Positions 25,535 to 39,330 of a DNA stretch of 64,000 nucleotides are shown in pieces. The stretch is from positions 18,612,464 through 18,676,463 of the forward strand of contig NC_043011.1 in the NCBI RefSeq assembly GCF_006345805.1, written 5' to 3'. Each line of letters opens with the position of its first letter. Positions within the stretch are counted from its first letter, which is position 1. The position numbers and the translations under genes were made by a program. Under the pieces are notes generated by a model. The model saw nothing but the letters and a program-made list of their open reading frames with translations. It was not told the origin of the DNA and did no database searches. Source of the DNA: Octopus sinensis. Its lineage: Eukaryota.

Positions 25535-28500
25535 CAAAGAGGGATTAATACGGAATTAGTAAACCAGACGAATCACTTTTTAAGCTCGCTATCGAAAAAA
25601 TATTACCGGCTCTCAAAAATCTTGTAATCGCTATTGTAATCTAGGTAATACAAAAACAAAATCCCTCATCAGTCAAATTTCTAAATTCATGGTTCCATCA
25701 CCACGTCTAGATAGTATGTTTTACAGAGTGATACAGTAAATAGATGAACATAAAAGTTTATATATTCTAATTTTTACAGGCGTACTGTGGCGAAAACATA
25801 GTAATCAATCTATTGATTAACTGAAGATAGAGGGACCTGGCACCCTATCAGTTTCAGAGCCGCCACAAACCAACGAAGTGCCAATGAAAGAGAGAGCGGG
25901 AGAGTTTGGTCAATGTGGCATCAACCTTAAGTCACTGTTGGCTGGTACAACGAGATGAATATTTTTGACATCCACTAAAAAAAATTAGAGAAACCTTCTA
26001 CCTCTTGATGGTCACTGGAAAACTGTTAGCCACTACTGCAGCGTTTTAGACCAGCGGATGCATCTATAAATGTACATGAGTAATGTCAGCTAGGGGACAT
26101 TACTTAAAAACTAAATCCATTCGCTTTGAATTAATATGTTTGTAAACAATTTGAAACAATGATTAAATAACGTAATCATGTATAATGAACAAACTATAAC
26201 ACGTAACGAATAAGTTGATTAGTACTATACTATAGTCTCTCTCCATTTATATAAGTTAATTTTTTCCAACACTATTACATGCAAACTGAATTATAAAGTA
26301 ATTAGAACTCGAACGAATATGAAAATTCATAATTGTTTAGTTCACTCTACACGTTCATGCAAATTTGGTCCCACGCCGCAGTACCAGGAATATCTACGTC
26401 GCACATGGAACCATCCATCTACTGGTTCCTTCAAAGGTGTTTTTGTTTACACCAGAGTGTAATTTGTGGGCTACATTCAAGTTTTCTGAACTGATGGATT
26501 TATCAATTCACTTGAGCGATCAAAAATGGTGTATACCAGAGTTTGTTTCTTTTCTTTTAGCCATTTATTTTTACCCAAAACATTGGAAATAAATTTGGGT
26601 GGGGTAAAGATTGTTGTGTTGATAATAAGTGAAACTTGAACTAATTTGAAACTGCGTTAAATGTCAATATTCCAGTAACTTTTGTCGTAACAGCAAGGTT
26701 AAATATGAATCTACATTGAAATCGTTTCTCATGCCTTCATTGAAAAATAAAACTACGAGCATGTTAACACTAGATAATCATACTCCTTTGAGAGTCAGCT
26801 TAGAAATTTCAAGCTTTATCAATTTTCTGTGTATTGACAATATAACAATTACATCGTTAAGGCTTTTAATGACGTTAAAACGTGATGGCTTCACAATAGG
26901 TTTATTGAGAGCTGTAAACAGTAAATGAATTAATTTGTGTCAAATGCAATTGGCTGCCAGTAAAGGCAAGTTGTTGATATGAAATCAAATTACCACTGTC
27001 AGTGGTGCAGTAATTAACTTGATTAGGAAAAATTCGAAGTGATAATAAAGCCATTAAACCCGTAATAATAATACCATTAAACCCGATGAGTAGGAAATAG
27101 ACAGTAACAAAAGTAAATGAATTATATTATGCCAACACCTGCAATAAACAAATGCCATATTTGATTTCAACTTTCATTTCTTTGCAAAATGATGTCTCGT
27201 GCTTAAATTGTTATCCACTATATACATGTTGTATTTACTGAGCGTGTTACTTCATGAGCTATAGCTGTAAGGTTCTGTGCCATTATATTGATTAATTCTG
27301 CTTCTCAGTTGTATTGTCGTAGACATAAATATTTTCTGCTGAATCTGAGAAATGCTTAATGCATATGAACAAGTTGATTTAATTGTCGTACTGGAAATTA
27401 GAAAAATATTTAGTAAAGGAGGAATAAAATTTGTATCAATAAGACCATCTAGTATTAAATTATATTATTTTACTAGTGTATCTTTACAGAACATTGAAAT
27501 GGGGAACTACACATTAAAATGTATTTATTTTGCTGTGACCAACCAAACCCAAAGTAATAAAGCACGTGAAGAAAATATATGAATACTTCTTTGAAATATT
27601 TACAGCTGATTATTTTCCAAATATGAAAACTATGTCTACCTAAGAATGTTGGCTTCCCATTCGAGAAGTGTCGGTAGCCGTGCTGAAAGTGATACTTTCT
27701 TCAAAGGAGCAAGTCTATCACAATTTTCATAAGTGATTATCAATTTTAATGTCTCCCGTAGATGACCAAAATAACAGATTTTCAAAAATTGCGTGCAAAT
27801 AGTGTAGCAAGGATATGTATAACACAAATGCATAAGTATCCCAGATACGTATTTATAAAATTTCATTTAGAAAACTAATTTGAGATTTTGGATGATTTTG
27901 TGTCATTTATAGCAGATCGGGTAAATTTTAAGCTGATTCCCGATCCATTATATGCTGTTGATATACATAGGAATGAATAACCATTATTCAATTTATTATG
28001 CTATAATATAAGGACCAGATTTTTCTAAACCGATAGAAAGTAGTTAATTGCACTGTTTCTGTAGAAAGCATTAATGTTCCTAGGTGTATTATATGTTCCA
28101 TCGTTAACAGCGATGTTACGTATATTAAATAGAACGTTTTAAAACGGGTTGTGATGATATCATTAACACTTATAGCAAGTATGTAGGGAACATATAATCG
28201 AGCACTAAATTATCCATGATATAACGCTTCTAATTTTAGTAGACACAATATTAAGATCATTCATTTAGAAACATACACAACAAAAGAATGAGTAGATATA
28301 CGGGCGAGCTGGTGAGTGTGTGCTGAAAGGTACGTATGAGTGTGTGTATCAGCGTGTTTTTGTCTATCCATTAACGGCGTAAATATATATATATATATAT
28401 ATATACAAACGGCATACACAAATATGCAAAAATTCATACTCATTCAGACACGAACGCACTCACAACCATCAAAATTGCACTCGTAAACTTATATGCATGT

Positions 28501-28634
28501 ATATGTATGCACACACACATATATATATATACATATATATATATACATATACATATATATGTGGTGTGCGTGTGTGTATACATATAAATAAATATATATA
28601 TATATATAATATGCATATATTTACCCCGTTCTCT

Positions 28635-28676
<42 letters not shown>

Positions 28677-28680
28677 CAAT

Positions 28681-29127
28681 CTACGTGACCTCCTGGTCGA
28701 TAGTTTCTTCCCTAACCCACCGCCCAAACCGGCTCGTCTCCCTGCTCCTGCCCACGCTGGCTCACTTACCCTCACCTCTCCAACACCACCCTCCTAACAG
28801 TCACCTACCATCGACACTATCATTTCATTGGCTCTTTCAGATGCACTTCGAGCAATGTCATTATCTGCACCTCCTGCTCATTGTGTCAATCTCTGTATAT
28901 TGACTGACTGGTTCGCGGGACACCTTCGAGACATGAGAATTGGCAACGAGACCCCGGTCTCGCGCCATTTCCGCTCTATCAGTTATTCTTTACAACACTT
29001 ATCTAAGTTCGTATTGTACTTGAAAAAGGACCATCGTGACTCCTGTCTTACCCATGAACAGGAATTAATCTTCTCTGTTCGCTCCTTTGCGTCACATGTG
29101 CTCAACTTGCCTCCTCACTTCATCTAA
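28681..29127 (+). mobile_element. Penelope-like element ORF remnant (Cys linker plus GIY-YIG)
   Basis: LRDLLV, PCSCPRW, FRCTSSNVIICTSCSLCQSLYI, FAGHLRD, VSRHF, HEQELIFSVRSFASHVLN. Confidence 0.9.
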
Positions 29128-29129
29128 CT

Positions 29130-29900
29130 GCCCCCTTCATCTCACACCTACTTTCTCTCTTCACTCCCATACACCTCACCTCTCCTCTCTTCCACTGACA
29201 CCTACTTCCTCTCCTCACTCCTACCACCTTCTCCCCTCCTTCCTCTCCCTTCATCGTCACTCCCTCCATCGTTACCTCACCCCTACACATCACCATCCCT
29301 ATACATCACATCCCGTCCCACCCCACATATCCCAATCCCACATACCCAAAATCCACCTTCGCACCCATTCACACATGCCCCGCCACTACCAACATACCAC
29401 CATAGCATCCGCCACCCTCGCATCTCCTCCACCCAACACCACCACAACAAACACCAACATACCACATCTTGTCATACCGCACCACACACTACCATACCCA
29501 CATCACCACACCATTACACAGCATAACAGACATCACCACACCACCACACCACCACATCACTCCATACCACTACCCCACACCATCACACCACAACACATCA
29601 CATATCACAACACCACACCATATCCTACGACCCTGCTGACACTAGCATTGATCACTTCCCAGTACCCATACCACACCACATTACACGACCTTGCACATAC
29701 TGGCACTGACCACTTCCCAGCACCCATACTGACATCCACACACCTTCACATGAACACACCCACACGTCAAAGTCACCAGCCCCTAACAACACGCGCACAC
29801 ACACTCTCACATACACACGCGGGTGCACCATTGTTTTGGGATCACCACTCCTTTATTAACCCACTTCTTCCTAGCTCTTCTGCCTAACCATCTCTATCCG
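29130..29900 (+). repeat. C/A-rich low-complexity tract inside the Penelope 3' UTR
   Basis: Degenerate CACCA/CACAT repeats between the ORF end and the pLTR. Confidence 0.8.
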
Positions 29901-29929
29901 ACCATTGCCATGTTTGACAGCTAACTACT

Positions 29930-30102
29930 AAAGCTTTCTCTTTTTTTTATTCTCTCTGTTTATTTTCTCGTGTTCCTTTCTATTGAAGAGCGTAGACTCG
30001 AAACATAACAGACTTTCTCACCTTACTGAGCGTTAAACTAATACACCTATTTGTTGTATACAAACCTATATTCGTCTTTCGTTTTTTTGTAAATTCCAAC
30101 TA
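29930..30102 (+). mobile_element. Penelope pLTR 3' end with degenerate minimal hammerhead
   Basis: TTT-CTATTGA-A-GAGCGTAGACTC-GAAACATA at about 29977-30008. Downstream sequence is homologous to 6085-6174 and ends at (TA)n. Confidence 0.7.
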
Positions 30103-30122
30103 TATATATATATATATGTGTT

Positions 30123-30174
<52 letters not shown>

Positions 30175-30184
30175 TATATATACA

Positions 30185-31152
30185 TATTAATAATAATAGT
30201 AAAAGGGTAAAATTAATCAATTAAATTAATTAACCAACTAATTTATTGATAATTTTACCAAGCTGATCGGTACGCTAAAATAACGTTTATAGGTAAAATT
30301 ATACAAATGTTCTATAATTATAAACATAATTATAATTACAGGTCAGCTAATTGCTTTACCAGATACCGAGTTTAGAAATAGGAGTTTAAAATTCCTTTTC
30401 TACTATTATAAGAATATCCACGACAGAAACAAACTTTTTTTACGTAGGCAAAGAGAAAAACGCTGGATCAACACGACTCCGATTAGCCACATACACGTTT
30501 CGAGATTAAAGTATTGAAATTACTTCTCTCTTCAGTGTAGCATTTCCAGTTATAAAATTTGAAATTGCTAGGGTAAAATATGCACTCGATCGAGCGACAT
30601 CGTGCAACAGATATCCAACCAACACTTCCAAAATTTACACTGCTGAATGTGAAGACACTACTCATCCCTTGTATCCACGTGTATGTTACGAGCAGTACCG
30701 CAAAAAAATCTGCAGTATTCTATCATACAGTAAATTATAATTTCAAATTAATAATAAAAGGGTAAAATTAATCAATTAAATTAAATAAGTAATCAATAAA
30801 AAATTTTATAAGTAGATCGTTACGTTAAAATAAACTTTGTAGGTAAATTTATACAAATATTCTATAATTATAAACATAAATATAATTATGGGTCAGCTAA
30901 TTGCTTCACCAGATACCGAATTTAGAAATAGGTGTTTAAAATTCGTTTTCTACTACTGTAAGAATCGCCACAACAGTACCAGACTTTTACGTAGGCAAAG
31001 AGAAAAAACATCCGAGTCGTGATGTTTGTTACTGTCATGGAGATCCTTACAGTGGTAGAAAAGGAATATTTAACTCCTATTTCAGCAATTCGGTATGTGC
31101 TGAGACAATTAGCTGACCCCTAATTATAATTATGTTTATAATTATAGAATAT
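30185..31152 (-). mobile_element. ORF-less element in pLTR-like arrangement: full unit, tandem partial unit and inverted partial unit
   Basis: 30187-30460 is repeated directly (diverged) at 30748-31010. 31045-31152 is an inverted copy of about 30857-30963. (TA)n on both sides; hammerhead at 30540-30487. Confidence 0.8.
30487..30540 (-). ncRNA. Type I hammerhead motif (GUA triplet)
   Basis: CTACA-CTGAAGA-GAGA-AGTA...TACT-TTAA-TCTC-GAAA-CGT-GTA|TGTGG. Stem I is 5 bp with one G-U pair. Confidence 0.75.
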
Positions 31153-31172
31153 ATATATATTATATATATATA

Positions 31173-31228
<56 letters not shown>

Positions 31229-31988
31229 AATATATATCTCTATATATAATATATATATAAGGGTAATGTTTTTTTAAACATTCATACATACATGAATAAT
31301 CGATTTTAACTAAAACAAATCTACATAAACTCATCTATATGCTAACAGACATGCATGCATATGTATTATATAATCTATTATATATTAGTAACACGGGTTT
31401 ACATTGTTAATTAGGCAAATAGACATATACTGACTAGACTATTGATATCATCAGAATGGCAAGAAGCCAAGCAAAAGTTATAGCAATTCAAATGTTCTCG
31501 TGATCAATATATTATCTACTTGAATAGCAGCTAACTGCATTAGATAATTTTCCATGTAGTTTAGAAACAGATTTCCATCTTTGTATGTAACTGACTGACT
31601 GATCATGAGTAGCAAGCTACTCGTTAGTACTCATTAGTTTTCTAAAGTATCAAACGCAGGAGATACATTCTTCAATTTTATTTTGAAGTTTTGCCGCCCC
31701 ATTTTATACTAAACTACTTTTGTTATAATTATTACTTTTTTTTTATTACATTTGGACGATAATCAATAAAATGTTTGAATAGTATCTTTATTCGTCTGGA
31801 ACTCGCATTCGCTAATTATGCTCTGAAGCGTATTCCATATTTTTTTAATGCAGCAGTTTACTGGTATTCGACGGTTAATTCACGACCGAGAAAAATTTAC
31901 ACTCGTTCGAGTTTGGCTTTAACTGCTCTTTCTCCCTCTCTTTGTCTTTATATATATAATCGTATATATATATATATATATGTATGTA

Positions 31989-32049
<61 letters not shown>

Positions 32050-32050
<1 letters not shown>

Positions 32051-32368
32051 TATCAATAATATAAGGGTAAAATCAATTAATTAATTAATTTTACCAAGTA
32101 GTGCTCAGTATGTAAAAGGACCATTTGAGGTATATTTAAAACATTACGTTATATAATTAGGATTCAGTAAAATAATTTACTTTACCACACACTGAACATT
32201 TAGAAATAGCAGCCAAAAAATCTTAACTATTTCTTCTACTATAAGAAAAATCTGGGAGATTTTTCTTATAGTAGAAGAAAGAGCTGATATTTTTTGGCTG
32301 CTATTTCTAAAAGTTCAGTATGTGGTAAAGTAAATGATTTTACTGAACCCTAATTATATAACGTAATA

Positions 32369-32370
<2 letters not shown>
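32050..32370. mobile_element. 3'-end fragment related to the 30185 family plus an inverted partial copy (about 230-bp hairpin)
   Basis: AAGGGTAAAAT...TTTTACCAAG start is shared with 30203 and 30759. About 32143-32250 is inverted at about 32256-32367 with several mismatches. Confidence 0.7.
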
Positions 32371-32429
<59 letters not shown>

Positions 32430-32437
32430 CATACATG

Positions 32438-32535
<98 letters not shown>

Positions 32536-32547
32536 TATATATATATA

Positions 32548-32670
32548 CTGACAGACAACAAGACTACTGCACAAGGGATGTGTGAACTTGAAGCTGGGTA
32601 AAAAGAGAGAGTTTCACGTTTCGAGTATAGCTCTTCGCGGGAAAGGAGAGACGGAAAACTCCGAAGAAAG
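32548..32670 (-). mobile_element. pLTR-like fragment with very degenerate minimal hammerhead
   Basis: Minus strand TTT-CCCGCGA-A-GAGCTATACTC-GAAACGTGAAA; the 3' end abuts (TA)n. Confidence 0.45.
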
Positions 32671-33059
32671 AAATGAAAGCGCTACATCATGCATGTATGT
32701 ATATTGCTGAAATGACCGGAAGCATGGTGGAGTGGGAATGTATGTGTGTATATTATATATGTTTGTGTGAGTATGAGTGCCTATATGAAATGGAGAAGGC
32801 CTGTTTATGGGATTACCTTAGTAAGAGTATACTTATTATTGCTTTAAATACAACACAATACCTCATCTGTAAAAAAGATTTATGCTTCATTCTGTTTACT
32901 GTAATACCGTGACATTATGGAATACCGTGTCATTTATGAAATCATTCTAATTGCCTTCAAACGCAATTATGTAACTGATGATATAAGTTCCGTTCGGCAG
33001 CATTAATTCAGGATTATACATTTTAACTTTCACTTTATCAGTCGTTCGACTGCGTCCTT

Positions 33060-33240
33060 GCTGACACACCACCTTGAAGAATTTCTGTCGACTGTATCTT
33101 CCCCAGTACATAGTTTTTAAAGCCTGGTACTTATTCGTTTGGGTTTTTTTGCCGAACCACTAAGTTACGGGGACATAACCACACCAGCACCAGTTGTCAA
33201 GTGGCGAGTGAACAAACACAGACACAAAGACACACATACG
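33060..33240 (+). mobile_element. SINE fragment
   Basis: GCCTGGTACTTATT...GCCGAACCACTAAGTTACGGGGACATAA; the reverse orientation occurs at 38330-38440. Confidence 0.65.
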
Positions 33241-33289
33241 CGTACGACCGCGTGTGTACCGTTGGCGATTTTTTTCCTCTGTCTTCCCT

Positions 33290-33445
33290 TCTCTGGATAT
33301 TTCCTTCTCCTATATTTCCGACGAAGAGCTCCGCTCGAAACGTTATACCCTCCTTCTTTCCTTCTTTCCTGGGCGTCCAATAATACTATATTTGTTCCAC
33401 GTCCTCGCGTTGTTGTGTTTTTTTGTGCTTTCTTGTTTGGAATAA
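33290..33445 (+). mobile_element. pLTR-like fragment with minimal hammerhead motif (CCGACGA variant)
   Basis: TTT-CCGACGA-A-GAGC-TCC-GCTC-GAAACGTT at 33315-33344; ends at (TC)n(TA)n. Confidence 0.6.
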
Positions 33446-33502
<57 letters not shown>

Positions 33503-33505
33503 CAT

Positions 33506-33557
<52 letters not shown>

Positions 33558-34377
33558 CATATATGTGTGTGTGTGTGTGCGTATGTATATACGAACGACG
33601 AGCTTCTTTCAGCTTCCTTTTAACAAACTCACTGACAAAGTTTTGGTAGGTCCGAGGCAAAAGTAGAACACACTTTTACAAGGTGTGGCGCAGTTGGAAT
33701 GAACTCGGAACCATGCTGTTGAGATTCAAGCTTCTTACCACCGAGATCAATGTGGGCATTCGTGGGTATTGTTTTACGCGTTTCATTTTAGAAACTAAAC
33801 TAGTATTCTCATTTTATAGCCAAGCATTCTTCCCGGATTATAATATCAATGCATAATGCATAAAATATATGCTCATTTATAAGAAAAACGTCACTTAGTT
33901 CATACAAATGGCTGAATTAGACTTTTTTAAATCTATCTATGAATGTAAAGAGCATCGGTGTGATAAAGCGTTCCGAGTTAATTATGTTTGCATTTATTTG
34001 TAGAAATTCAGGAAATATTAACTTTTAAGCTACCCAGAGAAAAATTAAATCATTTTTAAGAGTAGAAAAAATTGTAAGGTTGCTTAATGAATTGTTTTTC
34101 TAATACTGCAGTTAGTTCTGTGTCTCCTTCAAAATTGCTTATGCTAATTTCTTTGTTAAATTAAATTTGTTTTTAAGAGGTAAACAAAAGCCAATCTCTA
34201 AATTGAATGACTTCCCATTATACATACATACACACACACGCATATATATATATATATATATATACGCACACACACATATATATATATATTATTTATATGT
34301 AATATATAGACATAAAATATATACATACACACACGCACTTATATATATGAATGTATGTACGTATACATGTATATATA

Positions 34378-34690
34378 ACCGTGATCACTGTGACCGACCA
34401 GGCTATCAGATGTTGCTATACATCGCTGGTCACAATGCGGTTCGCATTGTCTTAGCCTCCAAATGAAGCCATCCCGCTGGCTAAGCGAGCAGGCCAACAG
34501 TAGAGAGAGTGAGAGAAAGCTGTGCTGAAAGAGTACAGCGAGGATCGCCACCAACCCCTGCCAGAGTCACGTGGAGCTTTAGGTCCTTTCGCTCAATAAA
34601 CACTCACAACGCTCGCTCTGGGAATCGAAACCGCGATCCTACAACCGCGCGTCTGCTGCCCAAACCGCTGGGCCATTGCGCCTCCACCAC
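34378..34690 (-). mobile_element. tRNA-derived SINE with structured tail
   Basis: Minus-strand head TGGAGGCGCAATGGCCCAGCGGTT...GGTTTCGATTCCC; the tail is homologous to 436-552. Confidence 0.75.
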
Positions 34691-34769
34691 ATGTATATAT
34701 ATACATACATAAATACATATATAAATACACTCATACAAGCATACATATATACATACATACAAACATACA

Positions 34770-34950
34770 TACGTGGCTGTGTGGTAAGAAACTTGCTTCC
34801 CAACTACATGTTTTCGGGTTCAGTCCCACTGTGTGGTACCTTAGGCAAGTGTCTTCTGAAATAGCTCTGGGTCGACCAAACCATTATGAGTGGATTTGGT
34901 AAACGGTAACTGAAAGAGGCCAGCTGTGTATAGGTATACACACGGTGAAC
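34770..34950 (+). mobile_element. tRNA-derived SINE
   Basis: GTGGTAAGAAACTTGCTTCCCAA...GGGTTCAGTCCCACTG...GGATTTGGTA; same family at 33640-33750, 38060-38190, 39440-39540 and 47640-47820. Confidence 0.8.
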
Positions 34951-34972
34951 CGATTGTTGCGTAGTTGACATT

Positions 34973-36200
34973 GGAATCCCGGACAACTGCGTACCAGGCA
35001 AATGCGTCCCTGGACATTTGCGTCTCGTGACAAATTCGTCTGAGGACAACTGCGTCCCTCTGGTAATTTTTTTATCATAAACAAATGTTTTACATATTAC
35101 CATTTCTTTTAATAAACTCTTTTCAGGGGTATACTTTCCAACTGTTGCTCGTTATAGCCCGTTAATCAAATAGGTAGTTATGGTATTTGTACATCAATAC
35201 AAAAGGTCCATTTTTTTTTTAGCTAGCAATTTTAGGTAACTCGTACCGTGCGAACTGTAAACGTCTAATACATTCTGTATTTTACAATTCAAAAGTTTTA
35301 TTTTAAACACATGCCTGCATTTAGAAAATTTAGCACTGGTGGAAAAATATTAGCTACCACTGTCATAAGGAAAAACGCCGATGAAACAAAAATATACTGG
35401 AGGTCATCAGCTTTATTGTAACCTTATGCAAGAAGGTACATTTAGCATTCCCAGAGCTCTTGGCTTTCTTCCAGGTAAGAAAAGGAAGCATATATTCGTC
35501 TATTTACAGATTTGTTGCAACTCAAAGCTGAACTTAATCCCAAATCTTTGCTGACAGACATTGAAATAGGAGCATAGAAAGGTTTTGTAGAAATGTTTCC
35601 AGAATTCACAATAAGTACATGTCTCTTTCATAAAGAAAATTTCTGACTTAGGATTAAGACAACGGTATACAGAATATGAAGTCTTCAATCTTAAAATCAG
35701 ATGTTTTTCTTCATTATCATTTCTTCCTTTAATTGACGTTGTCGACGGTTTTATTGACTTGTCCGATGACTGCGACTTACTCCAATAATTTACCGCCTAT
35801 TTTGAAATGACATATATTGGCAAAGCAAGAAGACGGAGAGGGATAAGAATGGAACCAAATTTTTCTATCGAATCTAGGAATGTTTGAGGAAGGGTTATAA
35901 ATCATTTACCTAGATCTAATAGCAGCTTAGAGGAATTGAACAATGCTATATTCTTTATCCTGTCACTACTCCTCTATTTGGAAATTGATTGAGGCACTGA
36001 AAAAGAAGGAGGCTATTGCCTTACGGAAAAACAAAGGACTTATAAAGACGAATTCTAGTACGGCAAAGAAATAAGACTGCGACTGACAGAATCAAGGCGA
36101 TATTAGATAGGTATACCCCTGGAAACAAGATAACTTTCTTGAAAGGAATAGCCTACAACATTCACACCCTTTGATTTATTTGTGAAACTACAACAATCTT
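34973..36200 (+). mobile_element. Mutator-like (MULE) DNA transposon remnant
   Basis: Terminal array of GGACAACTGCGTCC-like repeats at 34981-35058. Disrupted transposase motifs LNPKSLLTDIEIGA, CLFH, AYFEMTYIG, LPRSNSSLE, IWKLIEALKKKE. Confidence 0.85.
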
Positions 36201-36504
36201 TACATCATAATATATTTTTTAATATTGCTAATCTGTTTTTGTTTTTCAGACAACAATAAACTTGCAAATTTTAAACTCTTTCATCTCTTTAATTCCTTTT
36301 TAAGATATTCATTATTACCTACTCTCGTGTTAAGAGTTATTGAATATGTTTATTTACTATCAGCTAATCAACTGTTCAAAACAAACGAAATATGCATATA
36401 AAAAAAAGAGTAATAAAATCTCAATATAATACAAGAAAACTTCTGATTTCAAATTCCACCGAGGTCGAATTTGTCTTTCATCCTTTCGGGGTCGATATAT
36501 TAGG

Positions 36505-36809
<305 letters not shown>

Positions 36810-37620
36810 GAAGTAATGAATGAGCCTGAATTGATACGTATAATTCTACACAAACACAAACACGATCACACGCACAAATACATATACCAACACACACACA
36901 CATTCACACACACACAATAAAACTTTGGCAAATTTTATAGCCTTTTTGATGTAATTTTCTCACTTACAAAATGAACAACTCGTCGTGCTTGTATAAACAA
37001 CCATGTAACGAAAATAGTGAGGAACTATAATATTTCAGAATAATTTAAATATATACACACTATGTGTGACGTACGGAATTTAGAACACTCTCGAGATGTT
37101 TTGCACTGTATCATGTCAGTACTTATTTACGGGTTGGGTAATAATAAAGTCCAGGTGTGACAGTGTACTTTCCACATAACTTCATAATTCTGTCAGAATA
37201 AAATGACGTGCGCGTTGGAAATTTTATATTCCTTCTAAGCTATTTTTTTCCTTACAAACTGAAATAGATGTAACGTTTTGCTACAGATTGATAAGTATAT
37301 TTTGCAGAAAATATTTGAAATATTCTTCGCAAAAAGACTTTTTAATATGTATGTGTGTGTGTTTGGGTATGTGTATGGGTATGTGTATATGTACGTGTGT
37401 GTATGTGTGTGTAAGTGTACGTACCCACTGAGAGACAGGACCATCTGAATATACAGGACGCACACATTTACACACACACACATCCGTGCGCTTACACCAG
37501 CACTTATATTAATTTAGATATTATCTATGTGGGTTTGTGTGTCTGTCTGTGTTGTGTGTGTGTGTGTTTCTGTGTCTGTTTGTGCTTGTGTGTGTTTTAT
37601 TCTGTTTCTAGTATTAGAAC

Positions 37621-37669
<49 letters not shown>

Positions 37670-38188
37670 TTTTTTTTTTTTAATATTGTGCTCACTTATA
37701 TTTTTAAGTAGTTCTTTATTTAGCATTGGTTTCTGGTTATGACGAGTGAATGACGTTTAGAGATAGCCTACGCAATATTAAGATTTCAGCTGGGTATTGC
37801 TGTATTGTTTTCAAGATATATTTAGTAAATTTAGGGATATACTACTGAAGAAATGTATCTCATTCAACTTAAGGACACATACGAAGATATTATTTATAAT
37901 GTCAGTGCATGTGTGGCGTGAATTGTCTAGGCCGTATTTGTTTAACGCCTTTCTATGAGTAAAGTACATAAGAACGAATAGCGGTAAAGTCGTCAATTGG
38001 TATTCGTAGAAGCATTTCATAAATATTTTACGATGAGGTGCAGACATGTCTGTCTGGTAAGAAGCCTTCTTCATAACCATATGGATCCCACTGTGTCTCA
38101 CTATCGGTATGTCCTCTAATATGGCTTCGGGCCGACAAAACCTTCGTAAGTAGATTTGGCAGACAGAAACTAAACGTAGCACTTCGTA

Positions 38189-38244
<56 letters not shown>

Positions 38245-39045
38245 TGAGTGTGTGTTTGTGTTTGAGCGTGTACGCGCGCGCGGCTATGTGCCTGCGTGTG
38301 TGTGTGTGCCTTTGTGTCTATGATTATTTTCCACAACCGATTGACAACCTGTACTGGTGTATTTATGTCCCCCGTAACTTAGAGGTTCGGCACAAAGACC
38401 GAGAGAATATGTACCACACTTAAAAATATAAGTCCTAGGGTATATTTGTTTGGCTAAAAAAGCCATTCAATACTGTGCCCCAGCATGGCCATAGTCAAAT
38501 GACAGAAGCAAATTGAAAGATAAAAGATATTTAGGAAGGTATGTCTAAAACAAAATTGTGATGCATCATTTTTAATCGCACGATTGTACTGACTATTCCA
38601 TCAGTTCAGATATCTTGCAACGTTTGGAATAGACTTTACTCCTTGAAAGAACTCATATGCCGGTAGATTTTTTTAGGACATTCTCATTCAAATTAAAGTC
38701 ATTTAAACAGATTCGTTTTCTACAATATTCTCGGATGTATCAAGCGAATCGTGAATGTTCATTGTAGAAAATGCTTACAAAATATTTGTTACGGATGTTT
38801 TGTTAGGGTCAATGAATTTGGATTAGGTTTGAAGGCATGAGAAAAAGTTTGTAAGAATAGGTGATACAGAATTTGCTTACCTTTCTTAGGGAGGTGACAA
38901 GCTGTTATCAGTTTCCCTATGTTTATATTCTTAAAACACAGCTAGTTTAACGATTCATCCCGATCGTAATGTGACCAGACCTAGTTGTGAACCTGGAACC
39001 TAACAGTCGACCAACTATAGTACTTATTCGTTTAGATCACAAGTG

Positions 39046-39139
39046 AACTAAAAGAATCACATCTCACATACATATGCACATACTCACTCAAGCACACACA
39101 CAAACACTAACAGACATACACACACATATAAATATAATG

Positions 39140-39188
<49 letters not shown>

Positions 39189-39270
39189 GCGAGAGAGACG
39201 CACACACACAGACTGATATGTATATATATGTCAGTCCGTGTGTGTGCGTCTCTCTCGCACTTTATGTATA

Positions 39271-39330
<60 letters not shown>

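Noticed and set aside
29087-29887. 266-aa His/Thr/Pro-rich ORF
   Set aside because: Translation of a C/A-rich low-complexity tract within a Penelope 3' UTR.
38560-38900. Possible minus-strand mariner C-terminal remnant
   Set aside because: Only a faint GVKSIP-like trace; not enough to call.
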